A DNA stretch of 64,000 nt, taken from assembly GCA_963752255.1 (NCBI GenBank), contig CAVVXT010000014.1:128001-192000 (forward strand), read 5' to 3'. A model generated the notes under the pieces. The model was not told the DNA's origin. It was given only the letters and a program-made list of their open reading frames with translations, and made no database searches. Made by a program: the position numbers and the translations under genes. Positions 1 to 10,095 of this stretch are shown in pieces. Every line of letters begins with the position of its first letter. Positions within the stretch are counted from its first letter, which is position 1. This DNA is from Nitrososphaeria archaeon (GTDB lineage Archaea > Thermoproteota > Nitrososphaeria > JACIWG01).

Positions 1-2488
1 TAGCCTGACTACCCACCTCGATGTGCGTGCTTTCTTCAAGGTCCGGGTCTATTGTAAAGTAGACTTTTATATCTATAATCGGTTCAGCCTTTTCTTTTAT
101 ATGGGATAGACTAATTTCAGATATTCTTTTACCATATTTTTTGATCTCCTTGTGCAGTTCCTCCTCTTCGAGAAGGTTTTTTTGTAACGTTTCAGGAATC
201 TTCTCCGGCGGAACAAGCAGCTTATTTGACACATCCTTTACTAAATCGGTCGTCGCCTGCACCTTCTCCAAGGCTGCGTCTCCTGAAGCAAAAATAATCC
301 TTTCTACGCCATCCTGGATGTGCTCTACTTTGACTATCTTTATTAATCCGATGTCTCCTGTTCGATCCATGTGCGTTCCTCCACATGCTTCGACATCATG
401 ATTTCCGATCTTTATTACTCTGAGCTCTTTTCCTGGTACTGCACCTCCTTGATATAGCCTATAACCGTATTTCTTTTCAGCCTCCAGCCTAGGAAGCTCG
501 TATACTTTAACAGGTATGTTTTCTCTTACGATTTCATTAGCTATTTTTTCTATTTTCTTGACTTCTTCATCTGAAATGTTAGAGTAATGCGTTATGTCGA
601 GTCTGGATTCTTTAATGTCCTTTTGTGCTCCCGCCTGCCATACGTGCTCTCCTAGCACCTTTCTAGCTGCGCCGTTTATAATATGTGTAGAAGTATGGTG
701 TATAGAGAGTGCTATTCTCCTATCTTTATCTACGTGCCCAGTAATTGTTGCGCCAATAGATGGTACGTTGTCTACAGTATGAGCGATTACTCCTCCTATC
801 TTCATTACTTGGGTGACATTTGCTTCCCCTTCTTTCCAAACAATCTTTCCTAGGTCTGAGAGTTGACCTCCACTTTCCGCGTAGAAAGCAGTTCTATCCA
901 AGATTATGTTATTTTTCCATGTAAATATTACTTTAGCCTCAAAATCGAACAGTCTTGTGCTCTTATAGAACAGCTTTTCGGTGAAAGGAATTTTTTCTTT
1001 TATTATTACTTCTTCTAACTCGTTTGTCTCTTCCCTTTGAATCTTGGGCGCATGCATCTTAATGATTGACGAGAAGAAGTCGGATGGGATTTCAACTTCT
1101 AGGCCGATCTCATTTGCCTTTTCTTTGACCTGCAAGGGGTGTATTCCGTGCGATTCGTAGAATTCTACAAGTGTGCTGTTCGGCACCGTCTTATTATTAC
1201 CCTTTTTTAACGAAAGTAGGGTCTTGGAAACATATTCTATTTCTCTCTCTAGCGTCCTTTGGTACTTCTTTGTTTCCACATCTGTGAGTTCAATTATTTC
1301 TCCTCTAGCCTCTTTCAATTGCTTAAAATGCGGTGACCAATATCTTATTTGGAGCTCCATTAAATCTAATAGTTTATCTTCTTTTGAGAACTCACTTAAT
1401 GTTCTATAGATTCTCCGAAGTAGCATTCTTGCGAGGTATCCTGTTTTAACATTAGAGGGCACAACCCCTTCGGAAAGGAGGAATGAAAGTGATTTTGTAT
1501 GATCTAGAACTGCGCAAAGTTTTTCGAATGGCTCAATAGCTTTTCGATATTCTTCAAGACCCATTCCAAGTCTTTCTGCGACTAATTTTCTACTGTTAAA
1601 CAACAGCTGTGGGAATTCTACTTTAAATGCGCCCGAAAGCCTTCCTGTCTCATATAGTACTTTTTCATCTACATTTATTCCGATCATTTCTGAGAACTTG
1701 GGTAGGAGAGGGCCAAATATCGCATGGAATGCTGTTGATTGACCAGTGCTTAACCATGCCCATCTTTCCATCCCGTATCCGGTGTCAACTGTTTTTACAG
1801 GTGTGGGGATCCAATTCCCGTTTTCCATCTTATAACACATGAAGACTAAGGTTGAGATTTCGAGCCCATCGATTACAGCCTCTACTGCTGGTCCAGCGTT
1901 TCCTCCACCAGACCAAAGGTGTTCCTTGTAGGAGACTTTTTCGCTTTTAACTCCAAAAACTTCTGTTAAAAGTTCATGATGATACGAAACCGTTTGATCC
2001 TTCCAATATACTTGATGGTCAGGGTAATTGAAGGCGTGAGCTCCTCCCATTTCAAATATCGTCAGATGTCTTCCCGACGTAATTCCAACATTATCAATAT
2101 CTTCAAACCTCAAGCAAGGTTGACTTACGACAAGGGGGTTTGCTGGTGGCGGAATCTCCCCGTTTGTAACATATGGTTGAAAGTCGATAATGCTCGCTAT
2201 TGTAAAGAAGAGGTCGTCTCGCCATCTAGCAACTACAGGACATGGGTTGATGATTTTGTGTCCTTTTGACTTAAAAAAATTAAGAAATGTACTTCTGGTC
2301 TTATTTAGATCGAGGTGTATTTTCGTCGGCGGATTATATATGAAACTATTTTCGACACAGGGGCTTTCTCCGCAGACGTCACTAATCTGCTGTGACCAAA
2401 AGTAGGAACCACACTTCTTGCATTGTTGTCTAAGAAAATGGTTCTCTTTAAAGTATGTTAAATCGAATTCTTTAACGTCCATAGACAT
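1..2488 (-). CDS. alaS: Alanine--tRNA ligase (3' end runs off the window)
   Basis: Read manually on the minus strand from ATG 2488 (MSMDVKEFDLTYFKENHFLRQQCKKCGSYFW). Motifs FTIASIIDFQP, VDTGYGME and editing-domain HHTSTH...ACGGTH. Absent from the ORF track because there is no stop in the window. Confidence 0.95.
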   Translation of the reverse strand, partial: MSMDVKEFDLTYFKENHFLRQQCKKCGSYFWSQQISDVCGESPCVENSFIYNPPTKIHLDLNKTRSTFLNFFKSKGHKIINPCPVVARWRDDLFFTIASIIDFQPYVTNGEIPPPANPLVVSQPCLRFEDIDNVGITSGRHLTIFEMGGAHAFNYPDHQVYWKDQTVSYHHELLTEVFGVKSEKVSYKEHLWSGGGNAGPAVEAVIDGLEISTLVFMCYKMENGNWIPTPVKTVDTGYGMERWAWLSTGQSTAFHAIFGPLLPKFSEMIGINVDEKVLYETGRLSGAFKVEFPQLLFNSRKLVAERLGMGLEEYRKAIEPFEKLCAVLDHTKSLSFLLSEGVVPSNVKTGYLARMLLRRIYRTLSEFSKEDKLLDLMELQIRYWSPHFKQLKEARGEIIELTDVETKKYQRTLEREIEYVSKTLLSLKKGNNKTVPNSTLVEFYESHGIHPLQVKEKANEIGLEVEIPSDFFSSIIKMHAPKIQREETNELEEVIIKEKIPFTEKLFYKSTRLFDFEAKVIFTWKNNIILDRTAFYAESGGQLSDLGKIVWKEGEANVTQVMKIGGVIAHTVDNVPSIGATITGHVDKDRRIALSIHHTSTHIINGAARKVLGEHVWQAGAQKDIKESRLDITHYSNISDEEVKKIEKIANEIVRENIPVKVYELPRLEAEKKYGYRLYQGGAVPGKELRVIKIGNHDVEACGGTHMDRTGDIGLIKIVKVEHIQDGVERIIFASGDAALEKVQATTDLVKDVSNKLLVPPEKIPETLQKNLLEEEELHKEIKKYGKRISEISLSHIKEKAEPIIDIKVYFTIDPDLEESTHIEVGSQA

Positions 2489-2613
2489 AATAATAATACC
2501 CACCTAAAGGAGCGAATATAGTCTTTTCTCTTTTGATTCATGGTGGTAAAATAGATAAAAAGGAAATATTTTAAATAGTGGATAAATTAGCAGTTATGCA
2601 GAGCTGAATAAAG

Positions 2614-2913
2614 ATGGAGTACGTTTATGCTGCATTAATATTGCACAAGTTGGGTAAAGAAGTAAATGAGGAGAATGTTTCTAAAGTGATTTCGGCTGCA
2701 GGCGTCGAACCAAATCCTGTAAAGGTGAAGGCACTTATTGCTGCACTAGGGGAAGTTAACATAGATGAAGCGCTTAAAGCCGCTACGGTTGTCGCTCCTG
2801 TAGTAGCTGCACCTGCAGAAAGGAAAGAGGAAAAGAAGGAAGAAAAGAAAGAAGAGAAGAAGGAAGTAAAACAAGAAGAAGCAGTAGAAGGCTTAGCTTC
2901 GTTATTTGGTTAA
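2614..2913 (+). CDS. rpl12: 50S ribosomal stalk protein P1/L12
   Basis: [12 protein letters not shown]-terminus, Ala/Glu/Lys-rich hinge, GLASLFG C-terminus. Confidence 0.97.
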   Translation: MEYVYAALILHKLGKEVNEENVSKVISAAGVEPNPVKVKALIAALGEVNIDEALKAATVVAPVVAAPAERKEEKKEEKKEEKKEVKQEEAVEGLASLFG

Positions 2914-2918
2914 TCCCT

Positions 2919-3782
2919 CTAATTGAATCCTTTTTCCTTTAGAATATCATATATTGTTATCGCCTTTAGTTGATACTTCGATAACAACTGTTTTACATCA
3001 TCTTCTGATATGTAATCTGAATTTATTGCAAGATTCTGTGCTTCTAAATAGGCTTTAGCTAAACTTTCTCCAATAGTTTCTCTAGTGTAGTAGTTTGAAT
3101 TTACTGATATGTTCTTTGCGGAAGCATAAGCTGATACTATATCATTCCTAAACTTGTCCACGTCTAATGCTAGTTCATTATCGCTAACAACGATATCATC
3201 TATGAGGGCGTAGGAGATCGAAAGACCAGCCTTTATCGGCTTTATATTCAATCTGTTTAGTAATCCTGCCAACTTCGGTGATATTATATCTCCCCTCCTT
3301 GCAACTACTGTATCATTTGCAATCCAGATACTGCCGCCGTCAATCTTAGTTGCAACACTTGCTTCTTTAAATTCGCTTAGAACTGGACCAGGAGCTAATC
3401 CTGTGTTACCAGCCGGAATAAGAATCTCTTCAGTTGCTACATCACCTGCCTTTGCAGGTAATGAAATTTTATTCTTAGCCAAAAAAATAGATAAATTGAA
3501 TGGGTTCTGGTCAGTGAATATTAATAATATTTGTCCAGAAAATTTACTGCTGATCTTTTTAACTCCAGTGAGTTTTGAGCTCTCTAAGGCTTTTAGAGTA
3601 ACCCTGTTCTTTATGACTATAAACTTTGCCTCTTCTCTAAGTATCTTCCTAAGCATCATAAGCTGTACTGATCGGACTTTCTCAAGTTTTGCCAAGCATA
3701 GATACCTGTACTGTTTTGAAAGTGAAGAAATCTTGGTGAACAGTTGCTCCTTCTTAGCTGGATATTTTGTCCTCTTACTCAT
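2919..3782 (-). CDS. rpl10: 50S ribosomal protein L10/P0
   Basis: AKAGDVA..IPAGNTGLAPGP motif; position after rpl1. Confidence 0.95.
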   Translation of the reverse strand: MSKRTKYPAKKEQLFTKISSLSKQYRYLCLAKLEKVRSVQLMMLRKILREEAKFIVIKNRVTLKALESSKLTGVKKISSKFSGQILLIFTDQNPFNLSIFLAKNKISLPAKAGDVATEEILIPAGNTGLAPGPVLSEFKEASVATKIDGGSIWIANDTVVARRGDIISPKLAGLLNRLNIKPIKAGLSISYALIDDIVVSDNELALDVDKFRNDIVSAYASAKNISVNSNYYTRETIGESLAKAYLEAQNLAINSDYISEDDVKQLLSKYQLKAITIYDILKEKGFN

Positions 3783-4438
3783 TCCCTAACACCCACCAAC
3801 ATGCTTTGAGGTTTAGACATTGTGAGCTTTACGAAAATCTTCTTGGTGTTCTTCTCACCTTGCGGCAATTTTTTTTCAATGGCGCTGTAAACTGCAAGTA
3901 TATTTTCCGCAACTTGATCATCAGAAAGCTCTTCAATGCCTACCTTTGATGCTACAGAAAGCTGGCCTCTAGTTCTTACTCTCACCGAAGATCTAAATCT
4001 CGCTATAAGGTTCTCTATAGGTGCTGTAGAGGGCACCGGTGTGGGCATCTTGCCACCTGGGCCCAAATACTGGCCAAGGGCTTTACCGATTCTAGCCATC
4101 ATAGTTGGATCCGCGCAGAAGAAATCATACTCTTTAGACAGACGTTTAGCCTCTTTCTTGTTGCCTTGAAGTCTGTCCAACTGCTCTGGTTCTACGACAA
4201 GATCTGCTCCAGCTCTTCTTGCTCTAAGCGCTAAATCTCCTCCGCAGATAAAGCAGATTTTGGCTTGGTTGCCGGAATAATAAGGAAGTTGTACTACTTC
4301 ATTTATTGTTATGTTCTGCTTCTTGAAGTCGATATCTTTAAGTGTAATCACTGTTTCAAAAGACTGTAGAAAATTTCGTTTAACCGTATTGCTTCTTACA
4401 GTCTTAATCAATGATACAATTTGATTTTTGGTAAGCAA
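3779..4438 (-). CDS. rpl1: 50S ribosomal protein L1
   Basis: KRNFLQSFE, LGQYLGPGGKMPTP, VKLTMSKP motifs. Confidence 0.96.
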   Translation of the reverse strand: MLTKNQIVSLIKTVRSNTVKRNFLQSFETVITLKDIDFKKQNITINEVVQLPYYSGNQAKICFICGGDLALRARRAGADLVVEPEQLDRLQGNKKEAKRLSKEYDFFCADPTMMARIGKALGQYLGPGGKMPTPVPSTAPIENLIARFRSSVRVRTRGQLSVASKVGIEELSDDQVAENILAVYSAIEKKLPQGEKNTKKIFVKLTMSKPQSMLVGVRE

Positions 4439-4475
4439 TTCAACTCACGGACATTTAATCCAAAAGTGCTTCTTT

Positions 4476-4982
4476 TTAAGATTTTGCTTTCCCGTTCTCT
4501 TCTTTTAGTTTTTCGTCGTAGAGTCCCTTCTTTACCTCATCTAAAACTTGCTTTGGTGGTTTATCATCAACTTTTAGGCCCATACTTACACATGATCCTA
4601 AAACTTCACCAACAGCCGACCTCGTTGTTGCCGAATAGGATTTCTGTATACAGATTTTAGCAACTTTGATAAGCTGTCCAAATGAAATGTTTCCGACGTA
4701 GTCCTTTCCTGACGTGCCCGCACCCTTAGGTATTCCCGCTTCCTTCACCAATAAAGCTGATAGGGTTGGTATACCCACTCTTATGTTGAAAGCTTTAGTT
4801 TCAGTATCTACTTCAACAAATACAGGTACCCGCATACCCGCATACTCCTTTGTAATATCATTGATTTCCTTGACTATGGCAACAACGTTGACGCCCAGAG
4901 GACCAAGCGCGGGCCCTAACGGGGGGCCTGCATTAGCTTCCCCTCCTGTTATCAACACATTGACGACTTTCTTTTCACTCAT
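4476..4982 (-). CDS. rpl11: 50S ribosomal protein L11
   Basis: GGEANAGPPLGPALGPLGVN motif; ATG 4982 preferred as start. Confidence 0.97.
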   Translation of the reverse strand: MSEKKVVNVLITGGEANAGPPLGPALGPLGVNVVAIVKEINDITKEYAGMRVPVFVEVDTETKAFNIRVGIPTLSALLVKEAGIPKGAGTSGKDYVGNISFGQLIKVAKICIQKSYSATTRSAVGEVLGSCVSMGLKVDDKPPKQVLDEVKKGLYDEKLKEENGKAKS

Positions 4983-4991
4983 TTTTCTCAC

Positions 4992-5435
4992 CTATTTTTT
5001 TGAAGACTTTAAGTAGCTTGAATCTACCGTCAAAGACAGTGGGTAAGGGGCGTCTAAAAGCATAACAGTTACCTCCATTTTTGATAAGTCAATTTTTGTC
5101 ATTTTAGCTTTCATTCCTTTGAATGGTCCCATAACGATGTCAACAACTTCTCCCACGGTATATTCTGTTATAGCAGGCTTCTTTATCAGTAGTTTCTCAA
5201 AATCTTCTACTTTGAGAAGCCCTGGAACTAGTTCCTTAACATGTTTAATACCCGAAATAGCTTCTCTAACATCCTGCCCACTTTTGGATTCGATTATTAG
5301 ATACCCTTTCTGAGAGGTAAGGTATATTATGCTATAGGTTTGGATCTTGTTTAGAATAGAATTCCTGTAGATAAAGTTTGCCGTATTTTCTTCTTGCCCT
5401 CCTGTCGTTCTTATAGCAAAAAATTGATTTTCCAT
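4992..5435 (-). CDS. spt5: Transcription elongation factor Spt5 (NusG)
   Basis: FAIRTTGGQE NGN domain; KOW motif VGEVVDIVMGPFKG. Confidence 0.95.
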   Translation of the reverse strand: MENQFFAIRTTGGQEENTANFIYRNSILNKIQTYSIIYLTSQKGYLIIESKSGQDVREAISGIKHVKELVPGLLKVEDFEKLLIKKPAITEYTVGEVVDIVMGPFKGMKAKMTKIDLSKMEVTVMLLDAPYPLSLTVDSSYLKSSKK

Positions 5436-5444
5436 ATATCAGCT

Positions 5445-5621
5445 CTACACCTTTCCTAGTGAAATAAAACTCGCTATGACCTTAATTATAAAACCGATTC
5501 CTCCAACTACTCCCATGCCCAATAAAACTAATTTAAGGTAGAGTTTGAACTCTGCAAAGGTAGTTTTCTTGGTCAGCCTTAATGTGCTGGCATACGACTT
5601 TAGGAGGCTCCTTAAGCCCAT
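5445..5621 (-). CDS. secE: Protein translocase SecE/Sec61-gamma
   Basis: 58-aa ORF read manually: MGLRSLLKSYASTLRLTKKTTFAEFKLYLKLVLLGMGVVGGIGFIIKVIASFISLGKV. Canonical position upstream of spt5. Confidence 0.92.
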   Translation of the reverse strand: MGLRSLLKSYASTLRLTKKTTFAEFKLYLKLVLLGMGVVGGIGFIIKVIASFISLGKV

Positions 5622-5659
5622 TTAAATCACAGCTCATAAAACCCTTCTTTTACATATTA

Positions 5660-6481
5660 TTATATCTTTAAAGCTTCTATTGCGTATCTGTCAAAGAAGT
5701 CTTGTAGACTCCTGTACTGTTTTGATGAAAGTCCCTTTTTGTCGACGAGTGCCTTAGGTTTATTGAGTAAACTTCTCTCAAATAACGAAAGTAACAGCTG
5801 CTCATCAAGGTTTTCGAGCAGGGCGTATTTTGGAACTATATGACCTATTGCTATGCGCTCTTTCCTCAAATAGTTCGAGAAGGCCGTCGCATAATGTCCG
5901 CCTCCGAATCCAACAAAAGCGTCAACTTTCTTAGGCTTTTCTGTTAGAGTTTTGAATAGAGCTCTTGCGACCATCCCTCCTAAAAACTTGTTATTCCATC
6001 TTTCCTCGTCACTTCCTATTTCAACGAAGAAGAGTGGTCTATTATTTTCTGTGGGGCCATGATGAGTTACTTCCATCGATAACGTTATGTTGTCCTTTTC
6101 TGGTGTCTGATATAGTTCTGTCAGATTGCGATAATATTCTGACATATACCATGGATTTGTATATGAGATGTGTTTAGGTTTCCCTCCCAGTATTGCTTCA
6201 TCTTGTAGGTTTCCTGTAGGATGCACGATCAAAGAATTCACTTTTTTTTCGCTCTGATGTTTTGCTAACATGATTATAAGATCTGATTCGTAAGGTAGAG
6301 CGATTTGATCTAAGAAGATGCTTTCAACGTTAATTTGCAGTAGCCTAAAATCTCCTTTTTCTAAAACTGCTTTTCCACAAAATTCTTCTGCTGTTTCCTC
6401 AAGCTGGAATTCTTCTGAAACCCTTTGGGCTATATTTACTCCTGCGGGATCTGTGGTCGATGCTATGAAGTTTATCTTCAA
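5660..6481 (-). CDS. dtdA: D-aminoacyl-tRNA deacylase (DTD2/DtdA)
   Basis: DPAGVNI, HPTGN, EVTHHGPT, FVEIGS, GFGGGHYA motifs; TTG 6481 overlaps the argF stop. Confidence 0.93.
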   Translation of the reverse strand: MKINFIASTTDPAGVNIAQRVSEEFQLEETAEEFCGKAVLEKGDFRLLQINVESIFLDQIALPYESDLIIMLAKHQSEKKVNSLIVHPTGNLQDEAILGGKPKHISYTNPWYMSEYYRNLTELYQTPEKDNITLSMEVTHHGPTENNRPLFFVEIGSDEERWNNKFLGGMVARALFKTLTEKPKKVDAFVGFGGGHYATAFSNYLRKERIAIGHIVPKYALLENLDEQLLLSLFERSLLNKPKALVDKKGLSSKQYRSLQDFFDRYAIEALKI

Positions 6482-7428
6482 AACTTGATTGCACTTTCTT
6501 GCAAGAGTAGAAGGCATATTATTGCCTTTTGTACGTGAAGCCTATTCTCCGCTTCATCGAAGACGACCGAATTCTCGCCGTCTATTACCTCGTCCGTTAC
6601 CTCTTGGTTCCTGTGTGCAGGAAGACAGTGCATGAATATAAAATCGTCCTTGGCATTCCTGACAAGCTTTCTGTTAACCTGATACTTAGGTAGAAATACC
6701 TTAAGTCTTTCTTCCCTCTCTTTTTCCGAGCCCATAGAAACGAACGTGTCTGTATAAACGATGTCTGCATCCTTTACCGCCTCATTAGGGTCATCTAATA
6801 CCGCTATCTTATTCTTAGATTTTTCAGCGGCTTTTTGAGCGAATTCAACAGCATCATTACATGGCTTGAAGTTAGGTGGACATGCAGCGTAAACATTCAT
6901 CCCTGCGAGTGCTCCCCCTATGAGTAGTGTGTTACAGACATTGTTGCCGTCACCTACGTACGATAATTTTAGACCCTGCAGTCTTCCTTTTTTCTCTTTT
7001 ATTGTCTGCAGATCAGCTAATATCTGACAGGGATGATAGAGGTCAGAGAGGCTATTTATTACCGGAACCGTCGCCGCTTGAGATAATTTCATAACGTCAT
7101 TATGTTCGAAGACTCTCGCTGCAATAACTTCAACGTAGCGAGAAAGGACTCTTGCGGTATCTTCGATCGTTTCCCCCCTTCCCAGCTGAAGCTCATTTGA
7201 TGTCAGGTCAATGCAGTGTCCTCCAAGTTGGTACATTGCCTCATTGAAGCTTATCCTTGTCCTTGTGCTTGGTTTCATGAATATCGAAGCTAAAGTTATA
7301 TTTTTCAGCAAAGGCGGATAAACCTCATTTTTTCTCTTCTCCTTCAACTTTTCTGAAAGTTCTATAACTTCAAAAACTTCTTTCGCGTCAAGCTCCATTA
7401 GAGAAAGTAGAGATTTACCTTTAATCAT
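6478..7428 (-). CDS. argF: Ornithine carbamoyltransferase
   Basis: PSTRTR, HPCQILAD, SMG and HCLPAHR motifs. Confidence 0.96.
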   Translation of the reverse strand: MIKGKSLLSLMELDAKEVFEVIELSEKLKEKRKNEVYPPLLKNITLASIFMKPSTRTRISFNEAMYQLGGHCIDLTSNELQLGRGETIEDTARVLSRYVEVIAARVFEHNDVMKLSQAATVPVINSLSDLYHPCQILADLQTIKEKKGRLQGLKLSYVGDGNNVCNTLLIGGALAGMNVYAACPPNFKPCNDAVEFAQKAAEKSKNKIAVLDDPNEAVKDADIVYTDTFVSMGSEKEREERLKVFLPKYQVNRKLVRNAKDDFIFMHCLPAHRNQEVTDEVIDGENSVVFDEAENRLHVQKAIICLLLLQESAIKF

Positions 7429-7467
7429 TTTATTCGCATATACCTCTTTCTAGAAATTTAAAAGCCT

Positions 7468-8376
7468 TTAACTGGATGTAAAAAGTAAATCTACAATCTT
7501 TTCAGGAACGAATTCTTTGAGATCATCGTAACCCTGCCCTGTTCCAATATAAAGAATTGGTTTCTTTGTGGCGTAAACTATTGAAATCGCACTTCCCCCC
7601 TTAGTATCCGCATCTGTTTTGGTTAGAATTACGCCATCGAAATTTGTGTATTTGAGAAACTCTTTACTTTGAGAGACAGCGTCGTTCCCTGCTAAAGAAT
7701 CCCCTACAAAAATCTTTAGATCTGGGTTGACCACTCTAACGATCTTCAAGACTTCTTCCATTAGGTTCTTGTCCGTCTGTATTCTTCCAGCGGAATCTAT
7801 TAACACGACATCTATTTTATGTGTCTTGGCATATATCACACCATCCCTTGACACAGCAGCCGGGTCAGCACCGTATCTTTGTTCTATTGTTCTAACACCC
7901 AACCTACTAGCGTGTTCCTTTAACTGTTCTATTGAACCGGCTCTGTGGGTGTCCCCGCAGACTATAACTAAAGAAAATCCTTTTTTCTTTAAAAGATTAG
8001 CGACTTTAGAAAGCGTGGTTGTCTTACCTGTCCCATTTATGCCTAGGAAAAGGATCACATATGGGGTTCCACCTTCCTTTATGGCTTCTGCCTTTTTAAC
8101 TAAATCTATTTTGGGGATTTCTTTAAAAATTTCTAGAATCGATTGTTTTAGGCTATCTTGAACGAATCTCTTTACTTCCGAAGACGGAACCTTTTTCCCG
8201 ACAATCTTGCTTTTAAGGTTCTTGACTATTTCTTCTGCTACTTCGTATGCGACATCGCATTCGAGGAGAGATAATACTAGTTCATTCAGTATAGGATCGA
8301 GGTCTTTAGCGTTAAGTTCTTTTGTAGAAAGAGTTGAAACTATCGCCGAAAAAGTGTTCTTTAGCTTCTCGAACAA
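7468..8376 (-). CDS. ftsY: SRP receptor GTPase FtsY
   Basis: GINGTGKTTT, DTHRAG, DSAGR, TKTDADTKGG motifs. Confidence 0.96.
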   Translation of the reverse strand: MFEKLKNTFSAIVSTLSTKELNAKDLDPILNELVLSLLECDVAYEVAEEIVKNLKSKIVGKKVPSSEVKRFVQDSLKQSILEIFKEIPKIDLVKKAEAIKEGGTPYVILFLGINGTGKTTTLSKVANLLKKKGFSLVIVCGDTHRAGSIEQLKEHASRLGVRTIEQRYGADPAAVSRDGVIYAKTHKIDVVLIDSAGRIQTDKNLMEEVLKIVRVVNPDLKIFVGDSLAGNDAVSQSKEFLKYTNFDGVILTKTDADTKGGSAISIVYATKKPILYIGTGQGYDDLKEFVPEKIVDLLFTSS

Positions 8377-8379
8377 AGT

Positions 8380-8808
8380 TTATCCACTTTGTCTTTTCCT
8401 TATTGTGCCTTCTACGTTTTCTCTTAATCTTTGAAGTGTGTAGGCTGCCTGTTGTTTCTGCTGGCCTAATTCATTTAAGGCACTCCTAATTTCACTCTTT
8501 TTTTCCTGTAAAAAAATTTGAGCATTTTCAAGGTTTTTCTCTATCACTATGTTTTGGCCTACATTCACAAGCACTTTTTCTGTAACACCCATAGTGCTTG
8601 GCGCATACATTCCTCCACCTATATATACCATCGATTCAAGGTTTTTCCCTTTCGTTAATTCCTCGATCGTGTCTTCAGCATTCTGAACATCATTCAAAGT
8701 AGACATGGCGACATTCTCCCTGTTTGACAGATCCTCTAAATATTCTTCAAGATATCTTATCTGCATTACTTTTGTCTGAAGGTCTTGGTCTTCGTCTTTA
8801 ATACTCAT
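8380..8808 (-). CDS. pfdA: Prefoldin subunit alpha
   Basis: Coiled coil / beta-hairpin (VYIGGG..VLVNVGQNIVIEK) / coiled coil; lies between aIF6 and ftsY. Confidence 0.9.
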   Translation of the reverse strand: MSIKDEDQDLQTKVMQIRYLEEYLEDLSNRENVAMSTLNDVQNAEDTIEELTKGKNLESMVYIGGGMYAPSTMGVTEKVLVNVGQNIVIEKNLENAQIFLQEKKSEIRSALNELGQQKQQAAYTLQRLRENVEGTIRKRQSG

Positions 8809-8861
8809 ATCCTGTGCAAATGTAGTTCAAAAATGTAGGTTAAAAGTGTTTTCAATTATCC

Positions 8862-9524
8862 CTATTTGAATGTCGTTGATAGGTTAAGTAATTCCGTCCC
8901 ATTTGTTAGGCTTCCAACAATTATTCCTTTTGAGTTTCCAAGTATTCCTGAGGAAACAAAGGGCACACCGTTATTTATAGTGCAAGGGATCACGTCCGTT
9001 TTGAGAATCGATTTTATCTCTTGAATTTCCTTCTCCGAGGTAAGAGGATGTACTAATGTTCCAGCGTTTGTACAAAAAATAAGGGATCCTACTGTTAAAT
9101 ATCCAGCTATATTCATGCGTTCAACAGGCACGCCTAGCACATCTTGGATCAGCTTAACGTGGGTCGTAGAAAGGAGGTTTGACGCTACTCCACCGAAGTC
9201 GTTTACAGCGACTAGGTTTCCTATTGCGTTGTAGTTTGAAGGAAAACGTTCGACATTCATGCCTGTCTCAGTCTTTAAACTCTTGAGTTCATCTTCTTCT
9301 ATAAACCGGGATACAAGTATGCCGCTGCTGTTCATAGCAGTTAGAGGGCCAATGATCCTCAAACCATCTATTGACGTATGAACACAAGGGACTTTAACGG
9401 ATGAAGAAAGTTTATCCGCTTTAGTCGGAGCTAACCCTTTTGGTACTAAAATAGCTTTTTCGTTACATTTAAGGAACACTCCAATATTACTTGACCTATA
9501 TACATCTAAAATATTTATCTCCAC
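8862..9524 (-). CDS. eif6: Translation initiation factor 6 (aIF6)
   Basis: SSNIGVF, NAIGNLVAVND, TINNGVPFVSSG motifs. Confidence 0.93.
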   Translation of the reverse strand: MEINILDVYRSSNIGVFLKCNEKAILVPKGLAPTKADKLSSSVKVPCVHTSIDGLRIIGPLTAMNSSGILVSRFIEEDELKSLKTETGMNVERFPSNYNAIGNLVAVNDFGGVASNLLSTTHVKLIQDVLGVPVERMNIAGYLTVGSLIFCTNAGTLVHPLTSEKEIQEIKSILKTDVIPCTINNGVPFVSSGILGNSKGIIVGSLTNGTELLNLSTTFK

Positions 9525-9581
9525 ATTCCATCACATTTTCATTTTTCGATATGTCTGTCATCTAGTAGCTTTTTCAATTTG

Positions 9582-10037
9582 TTATATCATCTCGTTTGGC
9601 GAATATATTCTGCCACAGTATTTACATCTTAGTAATGGTGGATCCTTTGAAGGCAAATAAAATTTGGTTTCAACATTTTCACCTGAATTGGTGATGCAAT
9701 TTAGGTTAGGGCACTTGAACATTCCAATAAATTCTTCAGGCAATTCAAGCGCCCTTTTTTCGACAACCCTATAATTTTTAATAATATTAACCGTTGCATG
9801 TGGAGTTATCAGCGAAATTTTGTTTGTAGTTTCTGGTGACAAATAAATATTCTCGATTTTTATAATATCTTTCCTGCCAAGTTTCTTGCTGGGCACGTTA
9901 ATAGCTATAGTTATGACTTTGCCCTCAGAACCACTGATTCCAAGTATAGATAACACGTGTAATGCTTTTCCCGCTTCTATATGATCTATCACTGTTCCCT
10001 CTAATATCTTCTGCACGATAAGTTCCTTTTCGGACAT
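9582..10037 (-). CDS. pyrI: Aspartate carbamoyltransferase regulatory chain
   Basis: GTVIDHI; Zn site CPNLNC...CKYC. Confidence 0.96.
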   Translation of the reverse strand: MSEKELIVQKILEGTVIDHIEAGKALHVLSILGISGSEGKVITIAINVPSKKLGRKDIIKIENIYLSPETTNKISLITPHATVNIIKNYRVVEKRALELPEEFIGMFKCPNLNCITNSGENVETKFYLPSKDPPLLRCKYCGRIYSPNEMI

Positions 10038-10095
10038 TCCGCTCCCTTATGTACTCCTAATCAGCCCATATATTTTTATTTTAACTTGTCGTATC

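Noticed and set aside
141-2405. Short plus-strand ORFs in the ORF track
   Set aside because: Antisense shadows of alaS; the same applies to most small ORFs opposite the called genes (e.g. 34278-35144)
2820-2880. Purine-rich GAA/AAG repeats
   Set aside because: Encode the normal KEEKK hinge of P1/L12
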